A stretch of 64,000 bases of DNA from Gemmatimonadota bacterium (GCA_039588055.1 JBDHAN010000001.1:26014-90013), one strand, 5' to 3'. Counted from the first letter of the stretch, positions 10,886 to 19,698 are shown. Program-made: numbers and translations. The notes: generated from the sequence alone by a model not told the origin.

Positions 10886-12328
10886 ATGGAGAACGTCCAG
10901 ATTCCACAGCTCTCGTTCGACCGGTTCTTGGCGATCATTGGCCGGACCGGGGCGGAGCGTCTGCGCCACACTGTCGACGACGCGAAGTCGATTCTGGACG
11001 GGCGGACAATCTGGCACATCAACTCCACACGGTCCGGCGGCGGCGTGGCGGAAATGCTCCAGACGTTTCTGGGCTATGAGCGGGGTGCCGGGATCGACGC
11101 GCGTTGGCTGGTCATTGACGGCGACGCCGACTTCTTCACCTTGACCAAGCGGATTCACCACCACCTTCACGGGCGGAACGGCGACGGCCCACGCTTTTCC
11201 GCCGGTGACGAGGATCACTACCTCGAGATCGCGCAGCGCAATGCCCGTGCGGTGCTTCAGCACGTTCGGGCGGGTGACGTCGTCGTGCTGCACGATCCCC
11301 AGACGGCCGGGCTCACTGCTCCCCTCAAACGGGCGGGGGCGCTCGTCGTGTGGCGGTGTCATGTGGGGTGCGACCGAGTCAACCAGATCGTGCACGGTGT
11401 GTGGAAGTTTCTGCGGCCACACCTCGAGCAGGCGGACGCGTTCGTGTTCTCACGGCCTGAATATGTTCCGGCCTGGCTCAGAGACGGGCCGACCCACATC
11501 ATGCCACCGGCCATTGACGCGTTCGCGGTCAAGAACATGCCGATCTCGCGCGGATCGGTGCGTGCCATTCTGCATCAGATTGGCCTGCTTGCCCATGGAT
11601 CGACCAACGGCGAGCTCAATTTCATGCGGACCAACGGGTCCCTCGGCCGCGTCCAGCGACATGCAGAGATCCTTCAGACCGCGCCGATCCCCAACTGGCG
11701 AGTTCCGGTCATCACGCAGGTCTCCCGCTGGGATCCGCTCAAGGACATGCAGGGCGTCTTGCGTGGTTTTGCCGCCCACCTCGACGCCATGGGCTCAGCC
11801 CACTTGGCACTGGTCGGCCCGGACGTGTCCGGTGTCACCGACGATCCCGAAGGTGCCCAAGTATGGAATGAGTGCATCACCCTCTGGCGGGATCTCCCCG
11901 ACCGCGCGAAGGACCACATTCACCTCGTGAGCCTCCCGATGGACGACGTCGAGGAGAACGCGGTGATGGTGAATGCACTCCAGCGGCACTCCACGGTGGT
12001 GGTACAGAAGAGCCTCGAGGAGGGCTTCGGACTCACGGTGACCGAAGCGATGTGGAAGGGGCGCGCCGTTGTCGCCAGCGCCATCGGCGGCATTCAGGAC
12101 CAGATCGTCGACGGTACCCACGGCCTGCTCCTGGAGGATCCCGCAGACCTCTCCGCGCTTGGCACCGCGCTCCAGCGTTTGCTGCACGACCATGCGCTCG
12201 TGCGGCGTCTTGGCCGTAACGCGCGCCAACGGGCAATCACCAGGTTCCTCGCACCACGGCGCCTGGCGCAGCTGGTCGACGTGGTCTACGCGATGGAAGG
12301 ACGGGAGCGAGCGACGCAGGCAGCGTAA
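10886..12328 (+). CDS. GT4-family glycosyltransferase (trehalose-synthase-like)
   Basis: The N-terminal WHINSTRSGGGVAEML block and the C-terminal EGFGLTVTEAMWKGRAVVAS (the GT-B E-x7-E region) support the call. ATG 10886 has GGAG 8 nt upstream. Confidence 0.7.
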   Translation: MENVQIPQLSFDRFLAIIGRTGAERLRHTVDDAKSILDGRTIWHINSTRSGGGVAEMLQTFLGYERGAGIDARWLVIDGDADFFTLTKRIHHHLHGRNGDGPRFSAGDEDHYLEIAQRNARAVLQHVRAGDVVVLHDPQTAGLTAPLKRAGALVVWRCHVGCDRVNQIVHGVWKFLRPHLEQADAFVFSRPEYVPAWLRDGPTHIMPPAIDAFAVKNMPISRGSVRAILHQIGLLAHGSTNGELNFMRTNGSLGRVQRHAEILQTAPIPNWRVPVITQVSRWDPLKDMQGVLRGFAAHLDAMGSAHLALVGPDVSGVTDDPEGAQVWNECITLWRDLPDRAKDHIHLVSLPMDDVEENAVMVNALQRHSTVVVQKSLEEGFGLTVTEAMWKGRAVVASAIGGIQDQIVDGTHGLLLEDPADLSALGTALQRLLHDHALVRRLGRNARQRAITRFLAPRRLAQLVDVVYAMEGRERATQAA

Positions 12329-12330
12329 GG

Positions 12331-12358
12331 AGCTTTCAGCTTTCAGCTTTCAGTTTTC
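12331..12358. repeat. 7-bp tandem repeat (AGCTTTC x3 plus AGTTTTC)
   Basis: Read directly from the sequence in the 69-bp convergent intergenic region. Confidence 0.8.
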
Positions 12359-12370
12359 GGGTGTCCCCTA

Positions 12371-12410
12371 CTCGTCTCTCCTCGTCTTCACTCGTCCTTA
12401 GTCGTCTTTT
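12371..12410. repeat. 10-bp periodic repeat (CTCGTCYYNN x4)
   Basis: CTCGTCTCTC CTCGTCTTCA CTCGTCCTTA GTCGTCTTTT. The last units overlap the stop codon and the final codons of the beta-propeller gene. Confidence 0.6.
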
Positions 12411-13396
12411 CCCACCCACGCCATCCCGTCGGGCTCGTCGCCTGCCACCACTTCACCGTCGAGACGCCACTCGACCAGATTGATCACTGAGATCTTGTCG
12501 TCCTGCGTGTTGGCCACGTAGGCGGTGCGATCATCGGGTGTGATGAGGATCCCGACGGGGACCGCGCCGACCGACAGTCGACGAACGACCTCCCAGGTCT
12601 CGAGATCCACTGCCGCGACCTCGTTCCCCTGTGCGTTTGAGACCAGTGCCTCGCGCCCGTCGGGCCGAATCTTTACGCGTATGGGGAACGCACCTACGTT
12701 GAGATGCCGAGTGACCGTGTTCGAGGTCACGTCGATCTCTGACAGCGTGCCAGCCGCTCGATTCGTCACGTAAACCTTTGAGCCATCCGGCGTCACGTCG
12801 ATGCCCTCGGCCCCGGCCCCGGTCGGCAACTGACTCACCACGGTGCCGGCGACGGCGTCCACCACCGTGACGGTCCCGCTCCCAATGTTGGCGGTGTACG
12901 CTAGGCCCGCCCGTTCGGCGACGACCACCATGTGCGTGACCTGCTGACCGGTCTCGACCGCCTGCAGAATCTCCCGGGTGTCCGGGTCTATCTGCAGCAC
13001 GTGTCGCGAACCCTCGGTCGTCACCCAGATCGTACCGTCGCGAGCCACCGCAATGCCATGCGGCCGGGTGTGCGTGCCAAGGTCGATGGCACCGAGGGCC
13101 TCGCCCGTCTCGAGATCCACGATCGTGATGGTATTCCCTGGTGCTGAACCCGTCCCGTAGTCCGTCACGTAGGCGAAGCGGCCGTCTGCGGAGACGGCGA
13201 CCTCGTGTGGCGCAAACCCGGTTGGGATCGTCGTCAGCGTCTCGCGAGATGTCGGATCGATCACCGAGATCGTGCTGGCGCTCTTGTTCACTACGACGAG
13301 ACGCTGTGCCTGAACGTCTTCGGGTGCCGCGACACAGGCAGCCACTGTACCACCGAGCACGGCCGCAGTGATGATCGGGAGGGTCTTCGAGCTCAT
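12398..13396 (-). CDS. YVTN-family beta-propeller repeat protein (exported)
   Basis: Repeated blades: AYVTDYG, AYTANIGSGTVTVVD, VYVTNRAAGTLSEID, ALVSNAQGNEVAAVD, AYVANTQDDKISVIN. Signal peptide starts at ATG 13396 (MSSKTLPIITAAVLGGTVAAC). Confidence 0.8.
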   Translation of the reverse strand: MSSKTLPIITAAVLGGTVAACVAAPEDVQAQRLVVVNKSASTISVIDPTSRETLTTIPTGFAPHEVAVSADGRFAYVTDYGTGSAPGNTITIVDLETGEALGAIDLGTHTRPHGIAVARDGTIWVTTEGSRHVLQIDPDTREILQAVETGQQVTHMVVVAERAGLAYTANIGSGTVTVVDAVAGTVVSQLPTGAGAEGIDVTPDGSKVYVTNRAAGTLSEIDVTSNTVTRHLNVGAFPIRVKIRPDGREALVSNAQGNEVAAVDLETWEVVRRLSVGAVPVGILITPDDRTAYVANTQDDKISVINLVEWRLDGEVVAGDEPDGMAWVGKDD

Positions 13397-13662
13397 GCGT
13401 TTCTCCAACTGGAGGTCTATCGGATGTGCGAGCATGCAAACTCGCAGGGCTCGGCTGCTCGTGCCACCCCCGCCCGTCAATAAGGCCAACCGCGTGCGCG
13501 AGGCTCCCCATCAGGATGGCAACGGAGCTGAGCTTCGACCACTCAGCGTTGAGCACGACTCAGATCGTACTTCCGGCGGGGCACTTTCGCGCTGAGCCCT
13601 TGCGTCCTCGATAGGGCCCCTCACACGTTTCGCAATCCCACAAACCACGGGAATCGAGCTCC

Positions 13663-14355
13663 ATGCAGGTTCTGGCAGGTACGAGCGGCTACGCCTACAA
13701 AGAATGGAAGGGTTCGTTCTACCCCGAGGACTTACCGAACGACGGGATGCTCGGCTTCTACGCCACACAGTTCGGAACAGTCGAGATCAACAATACGTTC
13801 TATCGCATGCCCTCGGAGCAGGTGCTCTCACAGTGGGCCGACCAAGTTCCGGACACCTTCGCATTTGTGCTCAAAGCCTCGCGACGCATCACGCATCAAA
13901 AACGCCTCAAGGCCGCGGACGACGCCCTCACATACCTTGTGCAGAACGCCAGAGTTCTCGGCGAGCGCCTAGGGGCGATCCTCTTTCAACTCCCGCCCAA
14001 CCTGAAAAAGGACACCGACCGGTTGCGCGACTTCGTGCAGCTCCTTCCGGATGGTCTCGGCGCGGCGTTCGAATTCCGCCATGTCTCTTGGTTCGATGAG
14101 GACGTGTACCACATCCTCGGCGATCACCGAGTCGCCCTGTGCATCGCAGATACCGGTGACGGCACGACACCGCGTGAGATCACTGCGCCGTACGGCTATC
14201 TCCGACTACGCCGGGAGCAGTATGACGAGGCCGAGCTCAATAGCTGGGCTGAGTGGGTCGGGAAACAGCCGTGGGACCGCGCCTTCGTCTTCTTCAAGCA
14301 CGAAGATGCCGGTGCGGGGCCTGCCCTCGCGAAGCAGTTCCTCGCTTCCCTCTAA
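13663..14355 (+). CDS. DUF72 (YecE/UPF0759) family protein
   Basis: The N-terminus GTSGYAYKEWKGSFYPEDL, then VEINNTFYRMP and AILFQLPPN, are typical of DUF72. Confidence 0.85.
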   Translation: MQVLAGTSGYAYKEWKGSFYPEDLPNDGMLGFYATQFGTVEINNTFYRMPSEQVLSQWADQVPDTFAFVLKASRRITHQKRLKAADDALTYLVQNARVLGERLGAILFQLPPNLKKDTDRLRDFVQLLPDGLGAAFEFRHVSWFDEDVYHILGDHRVALCIADTGDGTTPREITAPYGYLRLRREQYDEAELNSWAEWVGKQPWDRAFVFFKHEDAGAGPALAKQFLASL

Positions 14356-14370
14356 GCGACAGGTCGCGCG

Positions 14371-14781
14371 CTACCGACCGCCCAGCTTTCGGATCCGATC
14401 CCACTGGATCTTCGACGCTGGCATCACCGAGAGCCGCGGCATCCGGACCAGCGCGAGATCCTTGAACGCGCGATCGGCCTTGATGGTCTTGAGTTCCACT
14501 GGCTCGGGCAGACGCTCGCGCGCCTTGATGTCGAAGACAACGAGCTTGTCATCGCCTGCCTCCGGATCGGGATACGGAGCCGACACCACACTCGCCTCTC
14601 CAACCACGGCCTTTTCCTTCCCCGAGTGGTAGACGAACACGTGATCACCTTTGCGCATCGCGCGGATGTGCTTGAGCGCAAGGTTGTTGCGGACGCCGTC
14701 CCACACGGTCTGTCTGTCGCGCTCGAGATCGTCGTAGCTATACGCCGATGGCTCCGATTTCACGATCCAGTAATTCGCCAT
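14371..14781 (-). CDS. EVE (PUA-like) domain protein
   Basis: MANYWIVKSEPSAYSYDDLERDRQTVWDGVRN...MRKGDHVFVYHSG is the canonical EVE N-terminus. The start lies 7 nt after the upstream hydrolase stop. Confidence 0.85.
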   Translation of the reverse strand: MANYWIVKSEPSAYSYDDLERDRQTVWDGVRNNLALKHIRAMRKGDHVFVYHSGKEKAVVGEASVVSAPYPDPEAGDDKLVVFDIKARERLPEPVELKTIKADRAFKDLALVRMPRLSVMPASKIQWDRIRKLGGR

Positions 14782-14788
14782 ACGCCCC

Positions 14789-15631
14789 TCACAACTGGTC
14801 CGCCCAGGCAGTGAGCGCCTGGACTAGTTCGGTCATTACGTCCTCGTGGGTCTTTCCGCTCGCCTTCGGCACTTTGAATGAATGGCCTCCGCCATCTACC
14901 TCGTGCAGCGACGCCTTCGGGCCCAGCGCCGCACAGACGGATCTCATCGCGCCCAAGTCCGCCAACGAGTCCCGCGTGCCTTGCAGGAACAGCATGGGCA
15001 CGTCGACCACCTTCAGGTGCTCGGCCCGCTCAGTCCCTGCCACGCCCGGCCGGTGAAGCGGAAGACCGAGCAATGCGAGTCCGACGACGCCCTGCAGAGC
15101 GGATTCGGATTGTGCTGTCGAGGTCATGCGGCCTCCGAAAGACTTCCCGCCGACGATGAGCCGACAGGCCGGAGCGTGCACCATTGCTGCGGCGACCGCT
15201 CCCCGCACGGTAGCCGTCGCCACCGGCGGCGAATCGGGCCGTCCACGACCTCGCTCCATGTAGGGGAAGTTGTACCGCAGCGTCGCAACGCCGCGCGCCC
15301 CCAGACCCATCGCCACACGCTCCATGAACGGGTGCGTCATGCCCGCCCCGGCCCCATGAGCCATGACGTAGAGCAAGGAGGAGTCCTCGGGCAGCATTAG
15401 CAGACCGGACACGTGGCTACCGTCTGGCAACGAGATCTCCACTAATCTTGCCGACTGGGACGACATTGACGACTGAGACGACTCTCTTGCTGAAGCCATG
15501 CTGCCGCTCTGCCGCGCTGCCGCCCTGCCACCTTTCTTCTGCCCCCTCTGCCCCCTCTGCCCCCTCTGCCCCCCCTGCCCCTTCTGCCCCTTCTGCCCCT
15601 TCTGCCTCTTCTGCCTCTTCTTCACCCCCAT
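14789..15631 (-). CDS. Alpha/beta hydrolase (KANL3/Tex30 / dienelactone-hydrolase-like) with a basic (Q-K/R-G)n N-terminal tail
   Basis: Nucleophile elbow GGKSFGG, then LQGTRD and a C-terminal GGGHSF. ATG 15631 lies 1 nt after the ligD stop (TGAGATG) with AGGAG 10 nt upstream. An alternative start at ATG 15499 would exclude the repeat-encoded tail. Confidence 0.7.
   Translation of the reverse strand: MGVKKRQKRQKGQKGQKGQGGQRGQRGQRGQKKGGRAAARQSGSMASARESSQSSMSSQSARLVEISLPDGSHVSGLLMLPEDSSLLYVMAHGAGAGMTHPFMERVAMGLGARGVATLRYNFPYMERGRGRPDSPPVATATVRGAVAAAMVHAPACRLIVGGKSFGGRMTSTAQSESALQGVVGLALLGLPLHRPGVAGTERAEHLKVVDVPMLFLQGTRDSLADLGAMRSVCAALGPKASLHEVDGGGHSFKVPKASGKTHEDVMTELVQALTAWADQL
15540..15620. 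repeat. 9-bp tandem repeat, 9 units (TGCCYCYTC on the plus strand; GARGRGGCA on the minus strand), flanked by degenerate copies at 15502-15539
   Basis: Read directly: 3x TGCCCCCTC, 1x TGCCCCCCC, 3x TGCCCCTTC, 2x TGCCTCTTC. Confidence 0.9.
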
Positions 15632-15632
15632 C

Positions 15633-18185
15633 TCACATCCGCTCCTGCAGCCGCGCGAGTGCGACTGCCAAATCCGGCTTGAGCTGCAGCACCGCCCGAA
15701 GCGGGTCTTCCCCCAAGCGCTTCATGCGCCGGGCGGCGTTCTTGATCGTGTACCGTCCGATGTCCAGCCGGGCGTTTACCTCACGCCAGCGCAGCGGCAT
15801 CGAGACCAGCGCGCCGGGCACGGGTCTCACACAGAACGGTACGACCAGGAGCTTTCCGTGGCCGTTCTGGAGATAGTCCACATAGACTTTGCCTTCGCGC
15901 TGCGAGGGTCTTCGGGCAACGGTCGCGATTTCGGGCAGCTCGTGAGCCACCACCCGCGCGAGGAGCTCACCAAGAGTCCGTGACTGATCATGCGTACACT
16001 GCCGCCCCAACGGAACGAGCACGTGGAGTCCGGACGATCCGCTCGTCTTGACGAAGCAGGGAAGCTCGATCTCGTCACAGAGGGCGCGAAGGGCCTTTGC
16101 GACGTCCACCACATGCCGGAACGGCGCGTCCTTAGGATCGAGATCCAGAATGCACCAATCGGGCTGCTCGAGCGTGCCAATGCGGCTGGCCCAGATATGC
16201 AGCGGGATGGAGGCCAGGTTGATGACGTAGAGCAGCGACTCGTCGTTATCGCACACGAAGTACTTGAGTTCTCGCTCCGTCTGCTCACTCCACACGGTCT
16301 CCGTCCTGAGCCACGGAGGCGCAAAGTCCGGCGCGTCCTTCTGAAAGAACGACTTGCCATCGATGCCGTCCGGAAACCGTGTCATCACCAGAGGGCGGTC
16401 ACGCAGGTAGGGAACGATCCACGGAGCGATCGCCCGGTAATAGTCGATGAGATCTCCCTTGGTGTAGCGTTCTTCCGGCCAGAAGACTTTGTCGAGGTTG
16501 CTGAACTGGAGATCGGGCGCAGGGAAGGCGCCGCCCTCCCCATCTTCCGGGAACTCGTCGTCGGCCCCTTCCCGTTGACCCGATCCAGGAAACAGACACT
16601 CGTCGGCAGGCTTGTCGTCGCGGAAACGGAGAAACACGGGTTGCCTGAGCAGTCCGTCTTCCGTCCATTCCTTGAATCGCACCTCGCAGACGAACTCAGG
16701 TTCCACCCACGCGTGAGCTTCACTTCGAGGAGCGCCGCTGCACGGAGGGTCCGATCGGAGCGACCCCTCAAGACCGTCACGAATCTCGTCCAGCTGCGCG
16801 CTGGTGAACCCAGTGCCGACCCGACCTGAGTAGATCAGCTGCTTCTCGTCATAGGCAGCCAGGTGCAGCGCCCCGAAGCCGCTGCGCGAGCCCTTGGGTC
16901 GCGTGAATCCTACGACGACGAAGTCGCCGGTCCGGTCGGCGCGGAGCTTGACCCAGTTGGGAGATCGGCCGGCGCGGTATGTGGAGCCGGACTTCTTGGC
17001 GACGATGCCCTCGAGGCCGAGCTTTTGTACTTCCTCGAAAAACTCTTCGCCGTGCTCATCAACGTGATCGGAGAACCGAATCGGTCCGACGGTGGGCAGG
17101 GCCTGGCGAAGCAGATCTTTCCGCGTCGTAAGCCCAAGCGACCGGAGATCGTATTCCTCAAAGGCCAGGAGATCGAACGCGTAGAATGTGACCGGCCGTT
17201 CGGACGCCGCCCGGCGGACGTCCAGCGGCCGCGTCAAACGCGCCCGTTTCTGGAGCCGCTGGAAGGAGGGCTTGCCGGCATCATCGTGCACGACGACCTC
17301 GCCGTCCACGACCACGTCCTGAAACGGAAGGTGCCGCAGGGCACTCACGATCTCGGGAAACGCGTGCGTCGCGTCCCGTCCGTTACGGGTGACGAGGTGG
17401 GGCTCACCGCTATCGAGTGCAGCAAGCAGACGGTACCCATCATATTTGATCTCGAAGACCCACCCGGGCTTGGAGAACGCGCGCTTGCGCGTCTCAGCGA
17501 GCATTGGCTTGACATCTCGCACGTGGACCGAATGCTTCTTCGCACGCTTACGCTCGAGCTCGTTCCGAATGTCGTCCGCCGGCCCCCCGGCCGCTTTCAG
17601 CTGCTCCACCGTGAGCCCTGAGAGTACCGAGTCCTGGGGGAACTCGTCTCCCGGCGTTGCAACGAGCCGATCTCGTTCCTTGATGAGCAGCCAATCTTTC
17701 TCACTCTTCTTGAGCTTCACCAATGTCCACGCGCCACGAAGCTTGTAGCCGCGTAGTTCGAAGAGGAGTTTGCCCTTCTCGAACCCTTCGTCGACATCAG
17801 CCAACGGGATCCACACGCCACGGTCCCACACGATCATGGCACCGGCACCGTAGTTGCCTTCGGGAATCACGCTTTCGAAATCGCCGTACTCCAGCGGATG
17901 GTCCTCGACTTTGACGGCGAGCCGCTTGTCTGTGGGATCCCGCGATGGGCCCTTGGGCACCGCCCACGATTCGAGCACACCTCCCATCTCCAGACGGAGA
18001 TCGAAGTGGAGCTGCCGGGCAGCATGCTTGTGCACGACGAACAACCGTCCGCTCCGGTCTGCAACGGTGCCGGCAGGCTCGGGCGTCCGCTCCACTGCAC
18101 GCTTGGCGCGGTAGGATTCCAGCCGATCGCTGTCCTTCTCTTGACTCTTCGGCATGAGGGGAGGATTAATCTGACCCGTAACCAC
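15633..18185 (-). CDS. ligD: Multifunctional DNA ligase D (phosphoesterase-ligase-polymerase order)
   Basis: N-terminal PE domain (YRAKR...TPEP, FVVHKHAARQLHFDLRLE), central ATP-ligase domain (EIKYDGYR, the KxDG motif), and C-terminal primase-polymerase domain (FVKTSGSSGLHVLVPL). An alternative ATG start is at 18155. Confidence 0.95.
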   Translation of the reverse strand: MVTGQINPPLMPKSQEKDSDRLESYRAKRAVERTPEPAGTVADRSGRLFVVHKHAARQLHFDLRLEMGGVLESWAVPKGPSRDPTDKRLAVKVEDHPLEYGDFESVIPEGNYGAGAMIVWDRGVWIPLADVDEGFEKGKLLFELRGYKLRGAWTLVKLKKSEKDWLLIKERDRLVATPGDEFPQDSVLSGLTVEQLKAAGGPADDIRNELERKRAKKHSVHVRDVKPMLAETRKRAFSKPGWVFEIKYDGYRLLAALDSGEPHLVTRNGRDATHAFPEIVSALRHLPFQDVVVDGEVVVHDDAGKPSFQRLQKRARLTRPLDVRRAASERPVTFYAFDLLAFEEYDLRSLGLTTRKDLLRQALPTVGPIRFSDHVDEHGEEFFEEVQKLGLEGIVAKKSGSTYRAGRSPNWVKLRADRTGDFVVVGFTRPKGSRSGFGALHLAAYDEKQLIYSGRVGTGFTSAQLDEIRDGLEGSLRSDPPCSGAPRSEAHAWVEPEFVCEVRFKEWTEDGLLRQPVFLRFRDDKPADECLFPGSGQREGADDEFPEDGEGGAFPAPDLQFSNLDKVFWPEERYTKGDLIDYYRAIAPWIVPYLRDRPLVMTRFPDGIDGKSFFQKDAPDFAPPWLRTETVWSEQTERELKYFVCDNDESLLYVINLASIPLHIWASRIGTLEQPDWCILDLDPKDAPFRHVVDVAKALRALCDEIELPCFVKTSGSSGLHVLVPLGRQCTHDQSRTLGELLARVVAHELPEIATVARRPSQREGKVYVDYLQNGHGKLLVVPFCVRPVPGALVSMPLRWREVNARLDIGRYTIKNAARRMKRLGEDPLRAVLQLKPDLAVALARLQERM

Positions 18186-18265
18186 TTGAAAAACAATCTG
18201 TTAGACCGTGAGCTCCGCGGGACGTTCTTGCGACAGCCCTGGGAACGCTCTATAGTCTCTCGCCT

Positions 18266-19105
18266 ATGCCAGCAAGACCTATCAGCAGTGCTACCGTCTC
18301 GTTCGGACTCGTGTCCGTCCCGATCAAGCTCTACTCGGCGGCCGAATCCCAGTCGAAGATCAGCTTCAACTGGCTGCACAGGGACTGCGGCTCGCGCCTT
18401 CGCCAACAGTACGTCTGCAAGAAGCACGGCGACATCGTCGAGAAGGACGACATGGTCAAGGGCTACGAGTTCGCCAAGGACCAGTACGTACTGTTTACGT
18501 CGGAGGAGCTCAAAGAGGTCGAAGCGAAAGCGACGGAGTCGATCGAGATCGTGGAATTTGTGCCGGCAGAGCAGGTCGATCGCCATTACCTCAGCAAGGT
18601 TTACTACCTCGGTCCCGACAAGGGTGGGGATCGGGCGTACAAGCTGCTGAGCCGCGCCATGCAAGAGACCAAGCTCTGCGCCCTCGCCAAGTATGCCGCC
18701 CGCGGCAAGCAATACCTCGTGCTCGTACGGCCCATGGGTGAGGGGCTGGCCATGGAGCAGCTGCATTACCCCGATGAGCTCCGCTCTTTCGATGAGGTGC
18801 CGCTGGGCGAGAGCGAGATCAAAGACGAAGAGCTGAAACTCGCCGTGGAGCTCATCAAGCAGGCCGCCTCCGAGGAGTTTCATCCCGAGAACTTCGAGGA
18901 CGAGGTCCGCAAGCGAACGCTTGAGCAGATCGAACGGAAGGTTGCCGGCGAAGACATCACGCTGGCTCCGACCGAGGAGCCCAAGACCCAGATCATCGAC
19001 CTGATGGAGGCGCTCAAGGCCAGCTTGGCGAAGGGTGAGCAGCGCGCCGCTGAGCAGCAGGCATCGAAGAAGGCCAAGGCGACACCCAAACGAAAAAAGG
19101 CATGA
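18266..19105 (+). CDS. ku: Ku DNA end-binding protein
   Basis: RPISSATVSFGLVSVPIKLYSA, KGYEF..DQYV and YYLGPDKGG are typical bacterial Ku. The C-terminal tail is Lys-rich (SKKAKATPKRKKA). The gene is divergent from ligD across an 80-bp spacer. Confidence 0.95.
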   Translation: MPARPISSATVSFGLVSVPIKLYSAAESQSKISFNWLHRDCGSRLRQQYVCKKHGDIVEKDDMVKGYEFAKDQYVLFTSEELKEVEAKATESIEIVEFVPAEQVDRHYLSKVYYLGPDKGGDRAYKLLSRAMQETKLCALAKYAARGKQYLVLVRPMGEGLAMEQLHYPDELRSFDEVPLGESEIKDEELKLAVELIKQAASEEFHPENFEDEVRKRTLEQIERKVAGEDITLAPTEEPKTQIIDLMEALKASLAKGEQRAAEQQASKKAKATPKRKKA

Positions 19106-19239
19106 GTGCCATAGCCGTGGCTGCTGGATGCCCCCCCAAAGACCACGCGACAATCACATCATGGAACCAAACGGGCCCGCGCGGTCTTTCAGATCGCAGA
19201 GCCTCGTAATCATTTGACCACAGCAACGGGAGCCCGCTC

Positions 19240-19662
19240 ATGAGCCACAATCAAGATCCCTTTGCGATCGTCTCGCACAACGCTCTCCGTATCGTCGTGG
19301 GGATCCTCTTCTTCATCCGCGGCGCCCAGAAACTGTTTGGATGGTTTGGAAGAGGCGGAGAGACCGTGGAGTTCCTGAGCAGATTCGGGGTGGCTGGTGT
19401 CTTGGAGACGTTCGGTGGGCTCCTCATTGCCCTTGGACTCTTCACGCGGCCTACGGCGTTCGTCCTCTCTGGTCAGATGGCCGTGACGTACTTTTGGATG
19501 CACGTGATCGGGAATGGGAGCCTCTGGTGGTGGGCCAACAGAGGTGAGCTTTCCATGTTGTTTGCGTTCGTCTTTCTCGCACTCTCGGCATTGGGCGCCG
19601 GCACGCTGAGCCTCGATGCAAAGATTGCCGAAAAGAAGTCCGGCGCGACGCCGGCCGGGTAG
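19240..19662 (+). CDS. DoxX family membrane protein
   Basis: 140 aa with four TM helices. LRIVVGILFFIRGAQKLFGWFG is a DoxX signature. Confidence 0.8.
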   Translation: MSHNQDPFAIVSHNALRIVVGILFFIRGAQKLFGWFGRGGETVEFLSRFGVAGVLETFGGLLIALGLFTRPTAFVLSGQMAVTYFWMHVIGNGSLWWWANRGELSMLFAFVFLALSALGAGTLSLDAKIAEKKSGATPAG

Positions 19663-19698
19663 GCCATTGGAAGTCGCTGGATATTCCCTGGATGCGTA

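Noticed and set aside
12531-13556. A 341-aa minus-strand ORF that is extremely Arg/Gly-rich.
   Set aside because: It is an out-of-frame overlap of the YVTN beta-propeller gene, whose repeated blade motifs identify the true frame.
15540-15620. The tandem repeat as a CRISPR array.
   Set aside because: The units are 9 bp, contiguous and have no spacers. There are no cas genes in the window.
15498-15983. A plus-strand ORF beginning with a striking Cys-Pro repeat (CPLCPLCPLCPPCPFCPFCPFCLFCLFF), and a sister frame with PSAPSAP repeats (15448..15876).
   Set aside because: These are simply the other reading frames of the 9-bp tandem repeat. The remainder of both ORFs is antisense to the well-supported 3' end of ligD.
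17867-19153. A 428-aa minus-strand ORF covering the ligD-ku promoter and the whole ku gene.
   Set aside because: It is antisense to a strongly supported Ku CDS. Its composition is low-complexity and Leu/Arg/Gly-rich, typical of shadow ORFs in high-GC DNA, and it has no recognisable motifs.
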